Shown: in pieces, positions 7,951 through 16,496 of the stretch
Position numbering within the stretch: the first letter of the stretch is position 1
How the letters are laid out: each line of letters starts with the position of its first letter
Origin: Gemmatimonadaceae bacterium
GTDB lineage: Bacteria > Gemmatimonadota > Gemmatimonadetes > Gemmatimonadales > Gemmatimonadaceae
Direction: 5' to 3'
Assembly (NCBI GenBank): GCA_040902005.1
Contig: JBBDYA010000084.1
Coordinates: forward strand, 1 to 35,709
DNA length: 35,709 bases
Program-made: the position numbers and the translations under genes
The notes under the pieces: model-generated
Told to the model about the DNA's origin: nothing
Databases searched by the model: none
Seen by the model: the letters and a program-made list of their open reading frames with translations, nothing else

Positions 7951-10286
7951 CGCACGCCTCCCTGGGTGGCGCCGTCGAGCGTCTCGCGCACCTTGCGCGC
8001 GAGCGATTCGCCGGTGAAGGGTTTCTGAAGGAAGGTGGCCCCGCGGTCGAGAAGGCCTTTCCGGGTGACCGTCGCACTGGTGTAGCCGGAGAGGTACAGC
8101 ACCCGCATCTGCGGACGGGTGGTGCGCAGGCGCTCCGCAAGCTCGTGGCCGTTGATGGTTGGCATGATCATGTCTGTCGCTAGCAGGTGAATGGGTCCGG
8201 GGTGCGTGTCCGAGATGCCCTGCGCCTCGACACCGCTGCTCGCCACCAGCACGCGGTACCCGGCCTTTTCAAGCACACGTTGGGCCAGCCGGCGCACGCC
8301 CTCCTCGTCCTCCGCGAGCAGCACCGTCTCGGTGCCAACCGCCTCCCGCGGCGTCCAGGGGACGTCCTCGTGCGCGGAACCCGCGCGGTCCGGCGCGAGC
8401 GGCAGGTACACCTTGAAGGTGGTGCCCTGCCCCACCTCGCTGTAGACGAAAATCTCGCCGCCGCTCTGCTTCACGATGCCGTACACGGTGGGAAGCCCCA
8501 GCCCCGTGCCGCGATCGGCGGGTTTCGTGGTGAAGAATGGCTCATAGACGCGGGCGATCGTGTCCGCGTCCATGCCCACGCCGGTATCGGTGACGGCGAG
8601 CATCACGTAGCGACCCGGCGCGCCGGTCGCCTCCTCGGTCGGGCGGCTCGACTCGAGTTCGCCGTGCGCCGTTTCCACCGTCAGTACGCCCCCGTCCGGC
8701 ATCGCGTCCCGCGCATTCACGCACAGGTTGAGGATGACCTGCTCGAGCTGGCCCGGGTCGGCCTTGACCATCCCCAGTGCGGGATCCAGCGCCGTGGTAA
8801 ACGCGATGTCCGCGCTGATCAGGCGGCGGACCATCCCCTCCATGCCGGTGACGATCTCGGACAGGTTCACCAGCCGGGGCTGGAGTACCTGCTGGCGGCT
8901 GAACGCCAGCAGCTGCTTCGTGAGCCCCGCGGCCCGCCCGGCGGCCTTGAGTATTTCCTCAACGTCGTCCCGGGCCGACGTCCCCGGCGCGAGTTCGGAC
9001 CGCAGCAGCTCGCCGTAGCCGGTGATGGCGGTGAGCATGTTATTGAAGTCGTGCGCCACGCCGCCGGCCAGCCGCCCCACCGCCTCGAGCCGCTGCGCCT
9101 GGCGCAGCCCGCTCTCCGCGCGGTCGCGATCCACGGCGGTGGCCACGATGTGGGCGATGGCCTGCAGGAAGTAGGTGTCGTCCTGGGTGAATTCGCGAGG
9201 CGCCGTGTCGTATGCGACCAGCGAGCCCTTCGCGCTGGCCAGCGCCGGAATCTCCACGCCCAGAGCGGCCACCACGCCGTGCTCGCGCCGCAGGTCGTGC
9301 TCCGTGCTCCCCGCGTCCGCTCTCCTGACTCCACACCCCGCGACCAGCGTCCCGGCGCCGGCGGTGCCGCGCTGGAGCACCGCCGCAATCGGCACGTCGA
9401 GCGTGGCGGCTACCAGGTCCGTCGCGTCCTGAAAGAGCACCGCCATGTCGTCCGCCACCAGCGCCCGCTGCCCGAAACTCGCCACGGCCGCCTGCTGGCG
9501 CGCGCGCGCCACGAGCGCTCGCTCGGCGCCCAGCTGATCGGTGATGTCCAGCGCCAGCACCATGCGCGCGGGCCGGTCGGCGAACTGGATGTCGTGCGTC
9601 CGGATCGATACGTCGATGCGCGTGCCATCCTTCCTGCGATGCGTCCACGGCGCGTCGTCGAACGGTGGCTGGCCGCCGGATTGCTTCAGGAACCGCTCCC
9701 CCTCCTCCGGCGTCCGGATGTCCAGGACAGTCATCGCGAGGAACTCGTCGCGCGTATAGCCATAATGGCGGACTGCCGCATCGTTGACGGCGAGAAACCG
9801 AAGGGATTCGCGATCGAACACCCACACGGGCTGCGGATTGCTGTCGAAGAGCATCCGGTAGCGCTCCTCCGACGCGAGCAGCGCCTGCTCCATGTGCCGG
9901 CGCTGCCAGCGCTCGGACGCCACCGAAACTACCTGGAGCAGGTGCTCCACCTGCACCGGCTTGAGCAGGTAGTCCACGCTGTGCTCGCGCAGCGCCGCGA
10001 TCGCGCTCTCCACGCTCGCGTTCCCGGTGAGCACCACCACCTCGGTCATCTCGGACAGCTCGCGGAGTCTGGCCACGAGCTCCATGCCGTCCATGTCGGG
10101 AAGGCGCAGGTCCACCACGGCAAGCGCGGGAGGACGACGCTCCGCCATGCGCAACCCATCCAGCGCGGTGCCCGCCGTTTCCGGTGCGTATCCGTGAACC
10201 TTCAGGATGTCCGACAGCGTGCGGATCAGCGCACTGTCGTCATCCACCACCAGGATGGGAAGTCGCTCAGCGTTCGACGGCTTCAC
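7947..10286 (-). CDS. Cytoplasmic hybrid kinase REC-PAS-GAF-HisKA-HATPase-REC
   Basis: N-terminal REC ('VVDDD','VDLRLPD','KP'); PAS 'LFDSNPQP...VNDAA..HYGY'; short GAF ending 'FTQDDTYFL'; 'AHDFNNML'; C-terminal REC. Confidence 0.95.
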   Translation of the reverse strand: MKPSNAERLPILVVDDDSALIRTLSDILKVHGYAPETAGTALDGLRMAERRPPALAVVDLRLPDMDGMELVARLRELSEMTEVVVLTGNASVESAIAALREHSVDYLLKPVQVEHLLQVVSVASERWQRRHMEQALLASEERYRMLFDSNPQPVWVFDRESLRFLAVNDAAVRHYGYTRDEFLAMTVLDIRTPEEGERFLKQSGGQPPFDDAPWTHRRKDGTRIDVSIRTHDIQFADRPARMVLALDITDQLGAERALVARARQQAAVASFGQRALVADDMAVLFQDATDLVAATLDVPIAAVLQRGTAGAGTLVAGCGVRRADAGSTEHDLRREHGVVAALGVEIPALASAKGSLVAYDTAPREFTQDDTYFLQAIAHIVATAVDRDRAESGLRQAQRLEAVGRLAGGVAHDFNNMLTAITGYGELLRSELAPGTSARDDVEEILKAAGRAAGLTKQLLAFSRQQVLQPRLVNLSEIVTGMEGMVRRLISADIAFTTALDPALGMVKADPGQLEQVILNLCVNARDAMPDGGVLTVETAHGELESSRPTEEATGAPGRYVMLAVTDTGVGMDADTIARVYEPFFTTKPADRGTGLGLPTVYGIVKQSGGEIFVYSEVGQGTTFKVYLPLAPDRAGSAHEDVPWTPREAVGTETVLLAEDEEGVRRLAQRVLEKAGYRVLVASSGVEAQGISDTHPGPIHLLATDMIMPTINGHELAERLRTTRPQMRVLYLSGYTSATVTRKGLLDRGATFLQKPFTGESLARKVRETLDGATQGGVR

Positions 10287-10986
10287 TCAGCACCCCGGCT
10301 ACGTGATCCACCGCAAACGGTCGTCGCAAGAACGAGTGCACCCACGCGTGTGGCACGTCCGCGCTGACCTGGCGCTCGGCGCCCGGCTGCCCGCTGTAGA
10401 GAATCAGCGGCGCGTCCGGACCCGCCTCGTGCACCGCGGCCACCGTGTCGCGCACGGCCGTCGCGCCGAGATGCATGTGGAGCAGGATCGCGAGCGGACG
10501 CTTCGACCGGATCAGCCGCGTGGCTTCCGCCAGGTCGCCCGCCATCACCGTCGAGAACCCCCGGAGCTCCAGCACTTCGGACATGGTCCGGAGGAACGCG
10601 GCATCGGTGTCCACGAGCAGCACCGGCCCCTTCGTGCTCAGCGCGCCCGTGAGAAAGGCAAGCAGCTCGCGGATGTCCACCGGCTTGGACATGATCTTCA
10701 GCACCCCCTCCTGCTCGGCTTCATCCAGCACGTCCTGCGCGGCGAAGGCGGTCATCAGCACGACCTTCACGTTTGGCTGCGACGCCTTCATCGCCTTGAA
10801 CGCCGACACGCCGTTCATCCCGGGCATCCTGAAGTCCATGAGCACCACGTCGAAGGGCGATGCGTTCAGCGCGTTCACCGCCGAGCGACCGTCGTGCGCC
10901 TCCTGCACCTCCCACCCCTGGAGGTGAAAGATTTCGGCCAGCGTCTTCGTCATCATCCGGTCATCGTCAACGACCAGGATCCTCAT
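10267..10986 (-). CDS. Tandem receiver protein (canonical REC plus degenerate REC)
   Basis: First domain 'VVDDD...MDFRMP...MTAF...SKP'; second 'LVDTD...LLHMHL...LYSG...RRPF' lacks the phosphoacceptor Asp and the conserved Lys. Confidence 0.9.
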   Translation of the reverse strand: MRILVVDDDRMMTKTLAEIFHLQGWEVQEAHDGRSAVNALNASPFDVVLMDFRMPGMNGVSAFKAMKASQPNVKVVLMTAFAAQDVLDEAEQEGVLKIMSKPVDIRELLAFLTGALSTKGPVLLVDTDAAFLRTMSEVLELRGFSTVMAGDLAEATRLIRSKRPLAILLHMHLGATAVRDTVAAVHEAGPDAPLILYSGQPGAERQVSADVPHAWVHSFLRRPFAVDHVAGVLSEAVER

Positions 10987-12851
10987 GCGGCGCCCTCCGT
11001 GGCGATTGGGAGCGTGAGGCGGAATGTGGCGCCCCCGGCCAGCGGCTCTGTGACCAGCGTCAGGTCTCCGCCGTTCGCGCGCGCCAGCGTCCGGGACACC
11101 GCAAGGCCCAGCCCGATGCCCCGCGCCTTGGTGGTGAACAGCGGCTCGAAGATCTTCTCCCTGTTCTCCGGGGCGACACCCGGCCCTGTATCAGACACCT
11201 CAAGGTGGTTCATCGTCCCGTTCGAGCGCGTGCGTACCGTGAGCCGGCCGCTCCCGCCCATAGCCTGGACGGCATTGGTGAGGAGATTCAGGACGATCTG
11301 CCCCAGGTGGACTGGATCCACGAGCACCGGCGGCAGGTCGGCTGGCGCGTCCACCCCGATGCGCACGCCGTCACGCATGGCCAGCCGCTCCAGCTGCGCA
11401 TCCACCGCCTGCGCGAGAAACGCGGGCTGCCGCTGCGGCGGCTTCTCGCGCGCGAAGTCCAGCAGGTCGCCCACGATCTTCTCGGACAGCGCGATCTGCT
11501 GCGCGAGGATATCGAGATATTCGTGCACGTTCGCCGGCGCCTGGCCGAGCACTGTGCGCAGGTAGTACACGGCGTTCGTCATCACGCCCAGCGGATTGCG
11601 CAGCTCGTGTCCCACGCCGCTGGACAGCTGGCCCAGCATGGCCAGCCGCTCGCGGCGCACCAGGGCGTCCTGGGCGTCGTGCAGTTGCACCAGCGCCTGG
11701 TTCAGGTCCCGGGTGCGCACTTCCACCTTCTGCTCGAGTTCGTCGCGCGAATGCTTGACCTCCGCGGCCATCGTGGTGAAGGCGGCGCCCAGGACGCTGA
11801 ATTCGTCCGTGTGACCGATGCGCACCTGCTGGTCGTAGTCGCCGTGCGCGATGGCCTGCGCCGCGTGCGTGAGCTGCCGGAGCGGCTGGGTGATGCGCCG
11901 GCTCAGGATCCACGCGGCCAGAAGGCCAAGGACCAGGGCGAGCAGCGCAATGAGCGCGAGCTCCCGGACGAAACGGTTCACCGGCGCCATCACGTTGGCG
12001 CGCGGAAAATCCACCGCCACAAGCCAGGGCGTGCCGGGCACCGGCACGATGGACGCCAGGTAGCGCTTTCCTCCGGCGCGCTCGTACGCGTGGAGACCGT
12101 CCGTGGAGGCCGGATCCTGGACGGGACCGGGTACGGAGCCCGCAAAGTCGCTCCACGCGGTGCCGTCCGCGTTGCCGATGAAGAGCGATGCGTCCGACCC
12201 GATGAGTCGGGGGATCAGCTCGCGGTTCGCCTGCCCGCCCCCAAGGCGGCGCCAGCGCACGATGTACAGATCGCCACCGCCGGGAATCGCGGCGGCGATC
12301 GGGTAGATCGCGGTGTCGCGCTCGAACCGAAACGCGCCCACAAGCGCGGAGTCGCCGGGCTCGGTGCGGGGGATGACGTCGTTCAGTGCGATGGTCGCCG
12401 TGCCGTACGACGCCGGCACCGTGCTGAGCACCACGTTGCCAGACGCGTCGCGCAGCTCCGTGCCGAGCACCTGCGCCACCCCCGCCCCCTGGACGTCGGC
12501 CGAGCGCAGGGCTGCCAGCGCTCCCGCGCGCGCGACCGTGTCGCGCCGCCGCGCGAACACCACCAGCGGCGGCTGCGCCGCGATGGCCGCGGCCGCAGTC
12601 CGCAGCTGCGCCGCGGACTGCGCCAGCGACAGCCGGAGCTGAGTGGTGGCGCCGTGGAGGCGCTCCCCCGCCACCTGCATGGAGCTGCGCCGAGCCTCGA
12701 GATACGCCGCGACCGACAGCGCCGCGATCACGACCAGTAACAGGCCACCGATGATCAGCGGCAGCTTGCGCTCGATCGACAGCCGGGTTCGCGGTTCGTG
12801 CCTGAAAGCGTGCTCCGTCGCGTTGGATCCTGACGAGATATCAGCTACCAC
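10983..12851 (-). CDS. Membrane sensor histidine kinase with HAMP domain (NtrB/AtoS-like core)
   Basis: Two TMs; HAMP 'ITQPLRQL...DEFSVL'; H-box 'GVGHELRNPL'; 'NLLTNAVQAM', 'DTGPG', 'GIGLGL'; first gene of an overlapping four-gene operon. Confidence 0.95.
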   Translation of the reverse strand: MVADISSGSNATEHAFRHEPRTRLSIERKLPLIIGGLLLVVIAALSVAAYLEARRSSMQVAGERLHGATTQLRLSLAQSAAQLRTAAAAIAAQPPLVVFARRRDTVARAGALAALRSADVQGAGVAQVLGTELRDASGNVVLSTVPASYGTATIALNDVIPRTEPGDSALVGAFRFERDTAIYPIAAAIPGGGDLYIVRWRRLGGGQANRELIPRLIGSDASLFIGNADGTAWSDFAGSVPGPVQDPASTDGLHAYERAGGKRYLASIVPVPGTPWLVAVDFPRANVMAPVNRFVRELALIALLALVLGLLAAWILSRRITQPLRQLTHAAQAIAHGDYDQQVRIGHTDEFSVLGAAFTTMAAEVKHSRDELEQKVEVRTRDLNQALVQLHDAQDALVRRERLAMLGQLSSGVGHELRNPLGVMTNAVYYLRTVLGQAPANVHEYLDILAQQIALSEKIVGDLLDFAREKPPQRQPAFLAQAVDAQLERLAMRDGVRIGVDAPADLPPVLVDPVHLGQIVLNLLTNAVQAMGGSGRLTVRTRSNGTMNHLEVSDTGPGVAPENREKIFEPLFTTKARGIGLGLAVSRTLARANGGDLTLVTEPLAGGATFRLTLPIATEGAA

Positions 12852-13073
12852 CGCAGCTCCGTCGCCAAGGGTGGATTAGGTGTGTATCAGCAGACTCTCG
12901 CAGTATCGGCTGGCCCGCCATCTAATGAAGGCGAAGGGCGTAAGTGGCTGCCAATACTTTCTTTGGCATCGCCGCATGACTCTTTTGTCAGGGTTTCCCC
13001 ACCCCGCGCCGGATGAGCCGGCTACCCGTCTAGTGGGCGAGTCAAATGATTTGTCTTGCGCAAACGCGCAGGT

Positions 13074-13088
13074 ATGCTCCATTGGTAT
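13074..13088. promoter_or_regulatory. LysR-type T-N11-A operator (ATGC-N7-GTAT)
   Basis: ATGCTCCATTGGTAT is one mismatch from the BenM/CatM-type ATAC-N7-GTAT box; lies 15 nt upstream of the LysR ATG in a divergent intergenic region. Confidence 0.6.
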
Positions 13089-13103
13089 AGCTGGAGATCA
13101 CTC

Positions 13104-15077
13104 ATGCTGCTGCGTCATTTTCGACATCTCGTCACCGTGGCTGAACTGGGGAGCATTGCGGCCGCCGCCCAACGGCTGCGCGTGGCGCAGCCCGCCCTGT
13201 CGCGTGAAATCCGGCGGATGGAAGCGCGGCTGGGGTTCCCGCTGGTGGAGCGCGATCGCCGGGGCGTGCGGCCCACCGCGGCGGGCGCCGCGCTCGTCTC
13301 CAGCGCGCCCACGCTGTTCGCGCGACTCGACCAATCGCTGGCGGCGGCGCGCGACGCGCATGCCGGGCTGCGCGGCCGCGTGCGCATCGGACTGAGCCGG
13401 CTGGCGCTGGACAGCCCCCGCGTTGGACGCGCGATCGCCGCGGCGCGCGAGCGGTTCCCCGGCATCCAGCTTGACCTGAGCGAGCTGCCGGCGATGTCGC
13501 AGACGGAGGCGCTGCGCGCGCGCGAGTGTGACCTGGCCATCGGCGCGTTCGGGGGGCCGGACGATTCCATTCGGCGTGCCGCGCTGTACGACGAAGTGGT
13601 GGACAGCGTGATGCTCCCCGCGTCGCACGCGCTGGCCCGCGCGCGGCCGCTGACCCTGTCCGCGCTGGCGGGCGAGACATTCCTCTGGATGATGGACCCG
13701 CACGTCAGAGTGGACGGTGCGGAGCTCGCGAAGCTGCCCGACGCGTTGGCGAGCGCGGGAATCACGCAGGTGGAGCGGCACGGGTCCGTGGAGTCGATGT
13801 ATCTGCTGGTGGCCGCGGGACGCGGGTGGACGCTGGCGACGCATGCGTCGCGCGCGCTCCCGCCGGCGGGCACCACGGTGGTTCCGCTCGAGGGGTTCAG
13901 CGTGCCGGTCACGTTGTACGTGCGCTGGCGCGCGCACGCCCCGTCGCGCAGCTGCGAGAACGTGGTCCAGGCGCTGGTGGACGCGATGGATCAGGACGGC
14001 GGCAACGGGAGCGGCAAGCGCCGGGGCCCGCAGGCCGCGGCGGAGCGGACAGGACGCAGGCGCCGTCGCGCGGCCAAGTCGCAGGGGCTGGAGCTGCGTC
14101 ACCTGGAGGCGCTGGTGGCGGCGGCGGAAGAAGGGTCCCTGAGTCGCGCGGCGGAGCGCATGGGGCTGACGCAATCCGGAGTGTCCCGGCGGCTGCACAC
14201 GCTGGAGCAGGAGGTCGGGTGCCGGCTGCTGGAACGCACACCCCACGGCGTTCGCAGCACCGGCGCCGGGGAGGTGCTGTGCGCGGAGTCGCGCGAGCTG
14301 CTGCGGCAGTTCGAGGACACACTGTCGCGCGTGCGTCGCATGGCGGCTGTGGGGGTGGGGGGGGGAGGGGGCGATTCGGGCGGGTGGTGCCGCATCGGCG
14401 CGCTGCCTCCCGAGCTCACGGGCAGCCTGCAACTGGCGGCGTTGGCGCGCGTGGTGGAAACACGGCCCGAGGTTCGGCTGGATCTGTACGAGATGCTGCC
14501 GGAGGCGCAGGCGCAGGCGCTGCTGGACGGGCGCATCGACGTGGGGATCGGCGGCATGTTCGCGGGGATGGAACTGGGCCGCGCGCTGTCGAGCGTGATG
14601 CTCACCGACGACCCCGTGGACTGCGCGATGCTGCCCGAGTCGCATCCGCTGGCATCGCGCGCGTGGGTGACGACCAGCGAGCTGTCGCGCGAGCCCTTCC
14701 TGTTCGTTCCGCGCGTCGGCAACGAGCAGCTCCACGATGCGGTGATGCGCGGGTTCGCGCGCATCGGGCTGGTGCCGCGCATGGGGGACTCGTTCGGGGG
14801 TCCGCGGTCGGTGTGGCGCGGCGTGGCGGACGGGATGGGGTGGACTCTCGGGAGCCGATCGCAGCGGTCGCACCCCCCGCCGGGGCTGGTCGCGGTTCCG
14901 GTGGAAGGGCTCAACATCCCATGGGGGATTTCGCTGCTCTGGCGCCGCGATGAGGACGACCCATCAGTGCGCCACGTGCTCGACGCATTCCGGGAGACGC
15001 GGAACCCGGAGGTGGCGGTGGTGGTGGCCACGGTGCGCGCCTCGCTCGGCGCGCACTCGGTGGCCGCGCAGCACTAG
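13104..15077 (+). CDS. Tandem double LysR-type regulator (two HTH plus substrate-binding units in one ORF)
   Basis: 'MLLRHFRHLVTVAELGSIAAAAQRLRVAQPALSREIRRMEARLG', then after a basic linker 'LELRHLEALVAAAEEGSLSRAAERMGLTQSGVSRRLHTLEQEVG'; each HTH is followed by a PBP2-type domain; GGAG RBS before ATG 13104. Confidence 0.92.
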   Translation: MLLRHFRHLVTVAELGSIAAAAQRLRVAQPALSREIRRMEARLGFPLVERDRRGVRPTAAGAALVSSAPTLFARLDQSLAAARDAHAGLRGRVRIGLSRLALDSPRVGRAIAAARERFPGIQLDLSELPAMSQTEALRARECDLAIGAFGGPDDSIRRAALYDEVVDSVMLPASHALARARPLTLSALAGETFLWMMDPHVRVDGAELAKLPDALASAGITQVERHGSVESMYLLVAAGRGWTLATHASRALPPAGTTVVPLEGFSVPVTLYVRWRAHAPSRSCENVVQALVDAMDQDGGNGSGKRRGPQAAAERTGRRRRRAAKSQGLELRHLEALVAAAEEGSLSRAAERMGLTQSGVSRRLHTLEQEVGCRLLERTPHGVRSTGAGEVLCAESRELLRQFEDTLSRVRRMAAVGVGGGGGDSGGWCRIGALPPELTGSLQLAALARVVETRPEVRLDLYEMLPEAQAQALLDGRIDVGIGGMFAGMELGRALSSVMLTDDPVDCAMLPESHPLASRAWVTTSELSREPFLFVPRVGNEQLHDAVMRGFARIGLVPRMGDSFGGPRSVWRGVADGMGWTLGSRSQRSHPPPGLVAVPVEGLNIPWGISLLWRRDEDDPSVRHVLDAFRETRNPEVAVVVATVRASLGAHSVAAQH

Positions 15078-15137
15078 AGTGTTCTCGGCCGGCGCTGCAC
15101 GCCGGTCCGCCTGCCCCGGGACGCTACGAGTGCGCCC

Positions 15138-15572
15138 CTAGAACTGGCGGTACACGAAGGTGACGCCGTCGATCAGCTGCGTCAGTGTGACGTCGTCGCG
15201 TCCCATGCGGTAGGCCAACGCGCCTACGTAGAAGGTGATGCTGTCCGGCGTGGTGCGGAAGAATCCCTTCGCGACGGCCGCCTCGGTGGTCACCGTGTTG
15301 CCCGCGAGGACCTGGAGGTCGGTGCTGTCCGTGAAGGTCGAGTCCTCGAGGAGAAAGAGGACGCCGGCCACGACGGAGACGACCGTGTCGCCGCTCTCGT
15401 ACACGATCTGCGGCGGCGCGAAGCCGTTGATGGTGCGCAGCGGGTAGGTGCCGGCGAGGGTGAACTGCGGCTGCTCGGGAGGCGCGGTGGTCTTCTTGCA
15501 CGCCGCCGCGAGCAGCACCGCGGCGAGCATAAGCGCGGTGGCGCGCGTCGCTCCAGTCGGGAGCCGGGTCAT
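15138..15572 (-). CDS. Hypothetical lipoprotein (small beta-rich domain)
   Basis: Lipobox 'VLLAAAC'; beta-rich 'LAGTYPLRTING...VTFVYRQF'; start uncertain. Confidence 0.7.
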   Translation of the reverse strand: MTRLPTGATRATALMLAAVLLAAACKKTTAPPEQPQFTLAGTYPLRTINGFAPPQIVYESGDTVVSVVAGVLFLLEDSTFTDSTDLQVLAGNTVTTEAAVAKGFFRTTPDSITFYVGALAYRMGRDDVTLTQLIDGVTFVYRQF

Positions 15573-15781
15573 GCGGGGGACGGCACGTGTGGCCCTGGCG
15601 AGGCGAGGAATCTGTTCTGCATACGTTGATATGAATGTCGCACGGCGCACGTGAAGTAAACACCCGAACCCCCCCGGCCCCCGGACCACCCCTCCCCGAG
15701 CGTGCGCCGCGTCACAGGCGGCCCAGGCGGTGTCGGCGTGCCCGGCGGGACCCGGCGGCGCGGGCGCGGGTATCCGCCGTC

Positions 15782-16255
15782 ATGACGACAATTCGAGGGG
15801 TGTGGATCGCGGCGCTGGCGCTGGTCGCCGGCGCCTTGCCGGCGGCGGCACAGACGGCTCCGGTGCGCGGCGTGTCGCTGTGGCCGGGCACGGAGATCCG
15901 GGCGACGATGGCGTCGCCGGCGACGGGCGCGCGGCAGGTGCGCGGGCGGCTGGTGGTGCTGGCTGGTGACACGCTGCGCGTGACGCCGCGCGGAACGAAC
16001 ACGATCGCCACGTACCAGGTGGCAAGCGTGGAGCGGCTGGAGGTGCGCGGCCGGCGGCAGCGGAAGCTGGGGTTCGCGCTGGGCGCGGCGGTGGGCGCGG
16101 GCATCACAGCGGCGATCGCCGGCCCGGACTGGAACCGTGGCGGGATTTCGCGCGACCAGTTCGCGGGGCTGGTGGCGACAAACGCATTGATCGGCGGGTG
16201 CGTGGGGTTCGCGTTCGGTCCCAGGGAGTGGACCGAACTGCCGCTGCGGAGGTGA
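15782..16255 (+). CDS. Hypothetical exported protein with Gly/Ala-rich hydrophobic helices
   Basis: Signal peptide ending AAA-Q; glycine-zipper-like 'GFALGAAVGAGITAAIAG' and 'GLVATNALIGGCVGFAFG'. Confidence 0.7.
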   Translation: MTTIRGVWIAALALVAGALPAAAQTAPVRGVSLWPGTEIRATMASPATGARQVRGRLVVLAGDTLRVTPRGTNTIATYQVASVERLEVRGRRQRKLGFALGAAVGAGITAAIAGPDWNRGGISRDQFAGLVATNALIGGCVGFAFGPREWTELPLRR

Positions 16256-16414
16256 GGCGCATGGAAGCGCGGCGACGCACGATCACACCCGTCATCTGGC
16301 GAGCGAGTCGCAGGGCACCTTAAGCTGCCTTCAGGGCAGTTTGTGCGACAGATTGGCCGCTGATTCCAGGGTTGGCGCGCTCTGGCGGTGGCGCCGCACG
16401 GGTCGCATTGTCCA

Positions 16415-16496
16415 GATGACGCGGCGATGACGCCCGACACTACCCTGCGCATCACGCGGAAATGCGAGCCGGAGGACGGTTCGGTGATAGAGCTGC
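16415..16496 (+). repeat. Direct repeat copy A (leader, RBS and first codons of the BTAD/AAA gene)
   Basis: gatgacgcggcgatgacgcccgacactac...cggaggacggttcggtgatagagctgc recurs at 19645-19735. Confidence 0.92.

Noticed and set aside
8187..12740. Long + strand ORFs (726, 452 and 626 aa) and similar antisense ORFs elsewhere
   Set aside because: Shadow frames of well-supported opposite-strand genes in high-GC DNA; Arg/His/Ala-rich with no motifs
16261..16323. 20-codon ORF MEARRRTITPVIWRASRRAP upstream of the BTAD gene
   Set aside because: SD-like GAGG only 3 nt from the ATG and no peptide features; likely chance
16388..16483. ORF-track N-terminal extension of the BTAD/AAA protein
   Set aside because: GGAGG-8 nt-GTG at 16484 gives a family-typical 'MIELHTLG' start; the extension is the repeated leader
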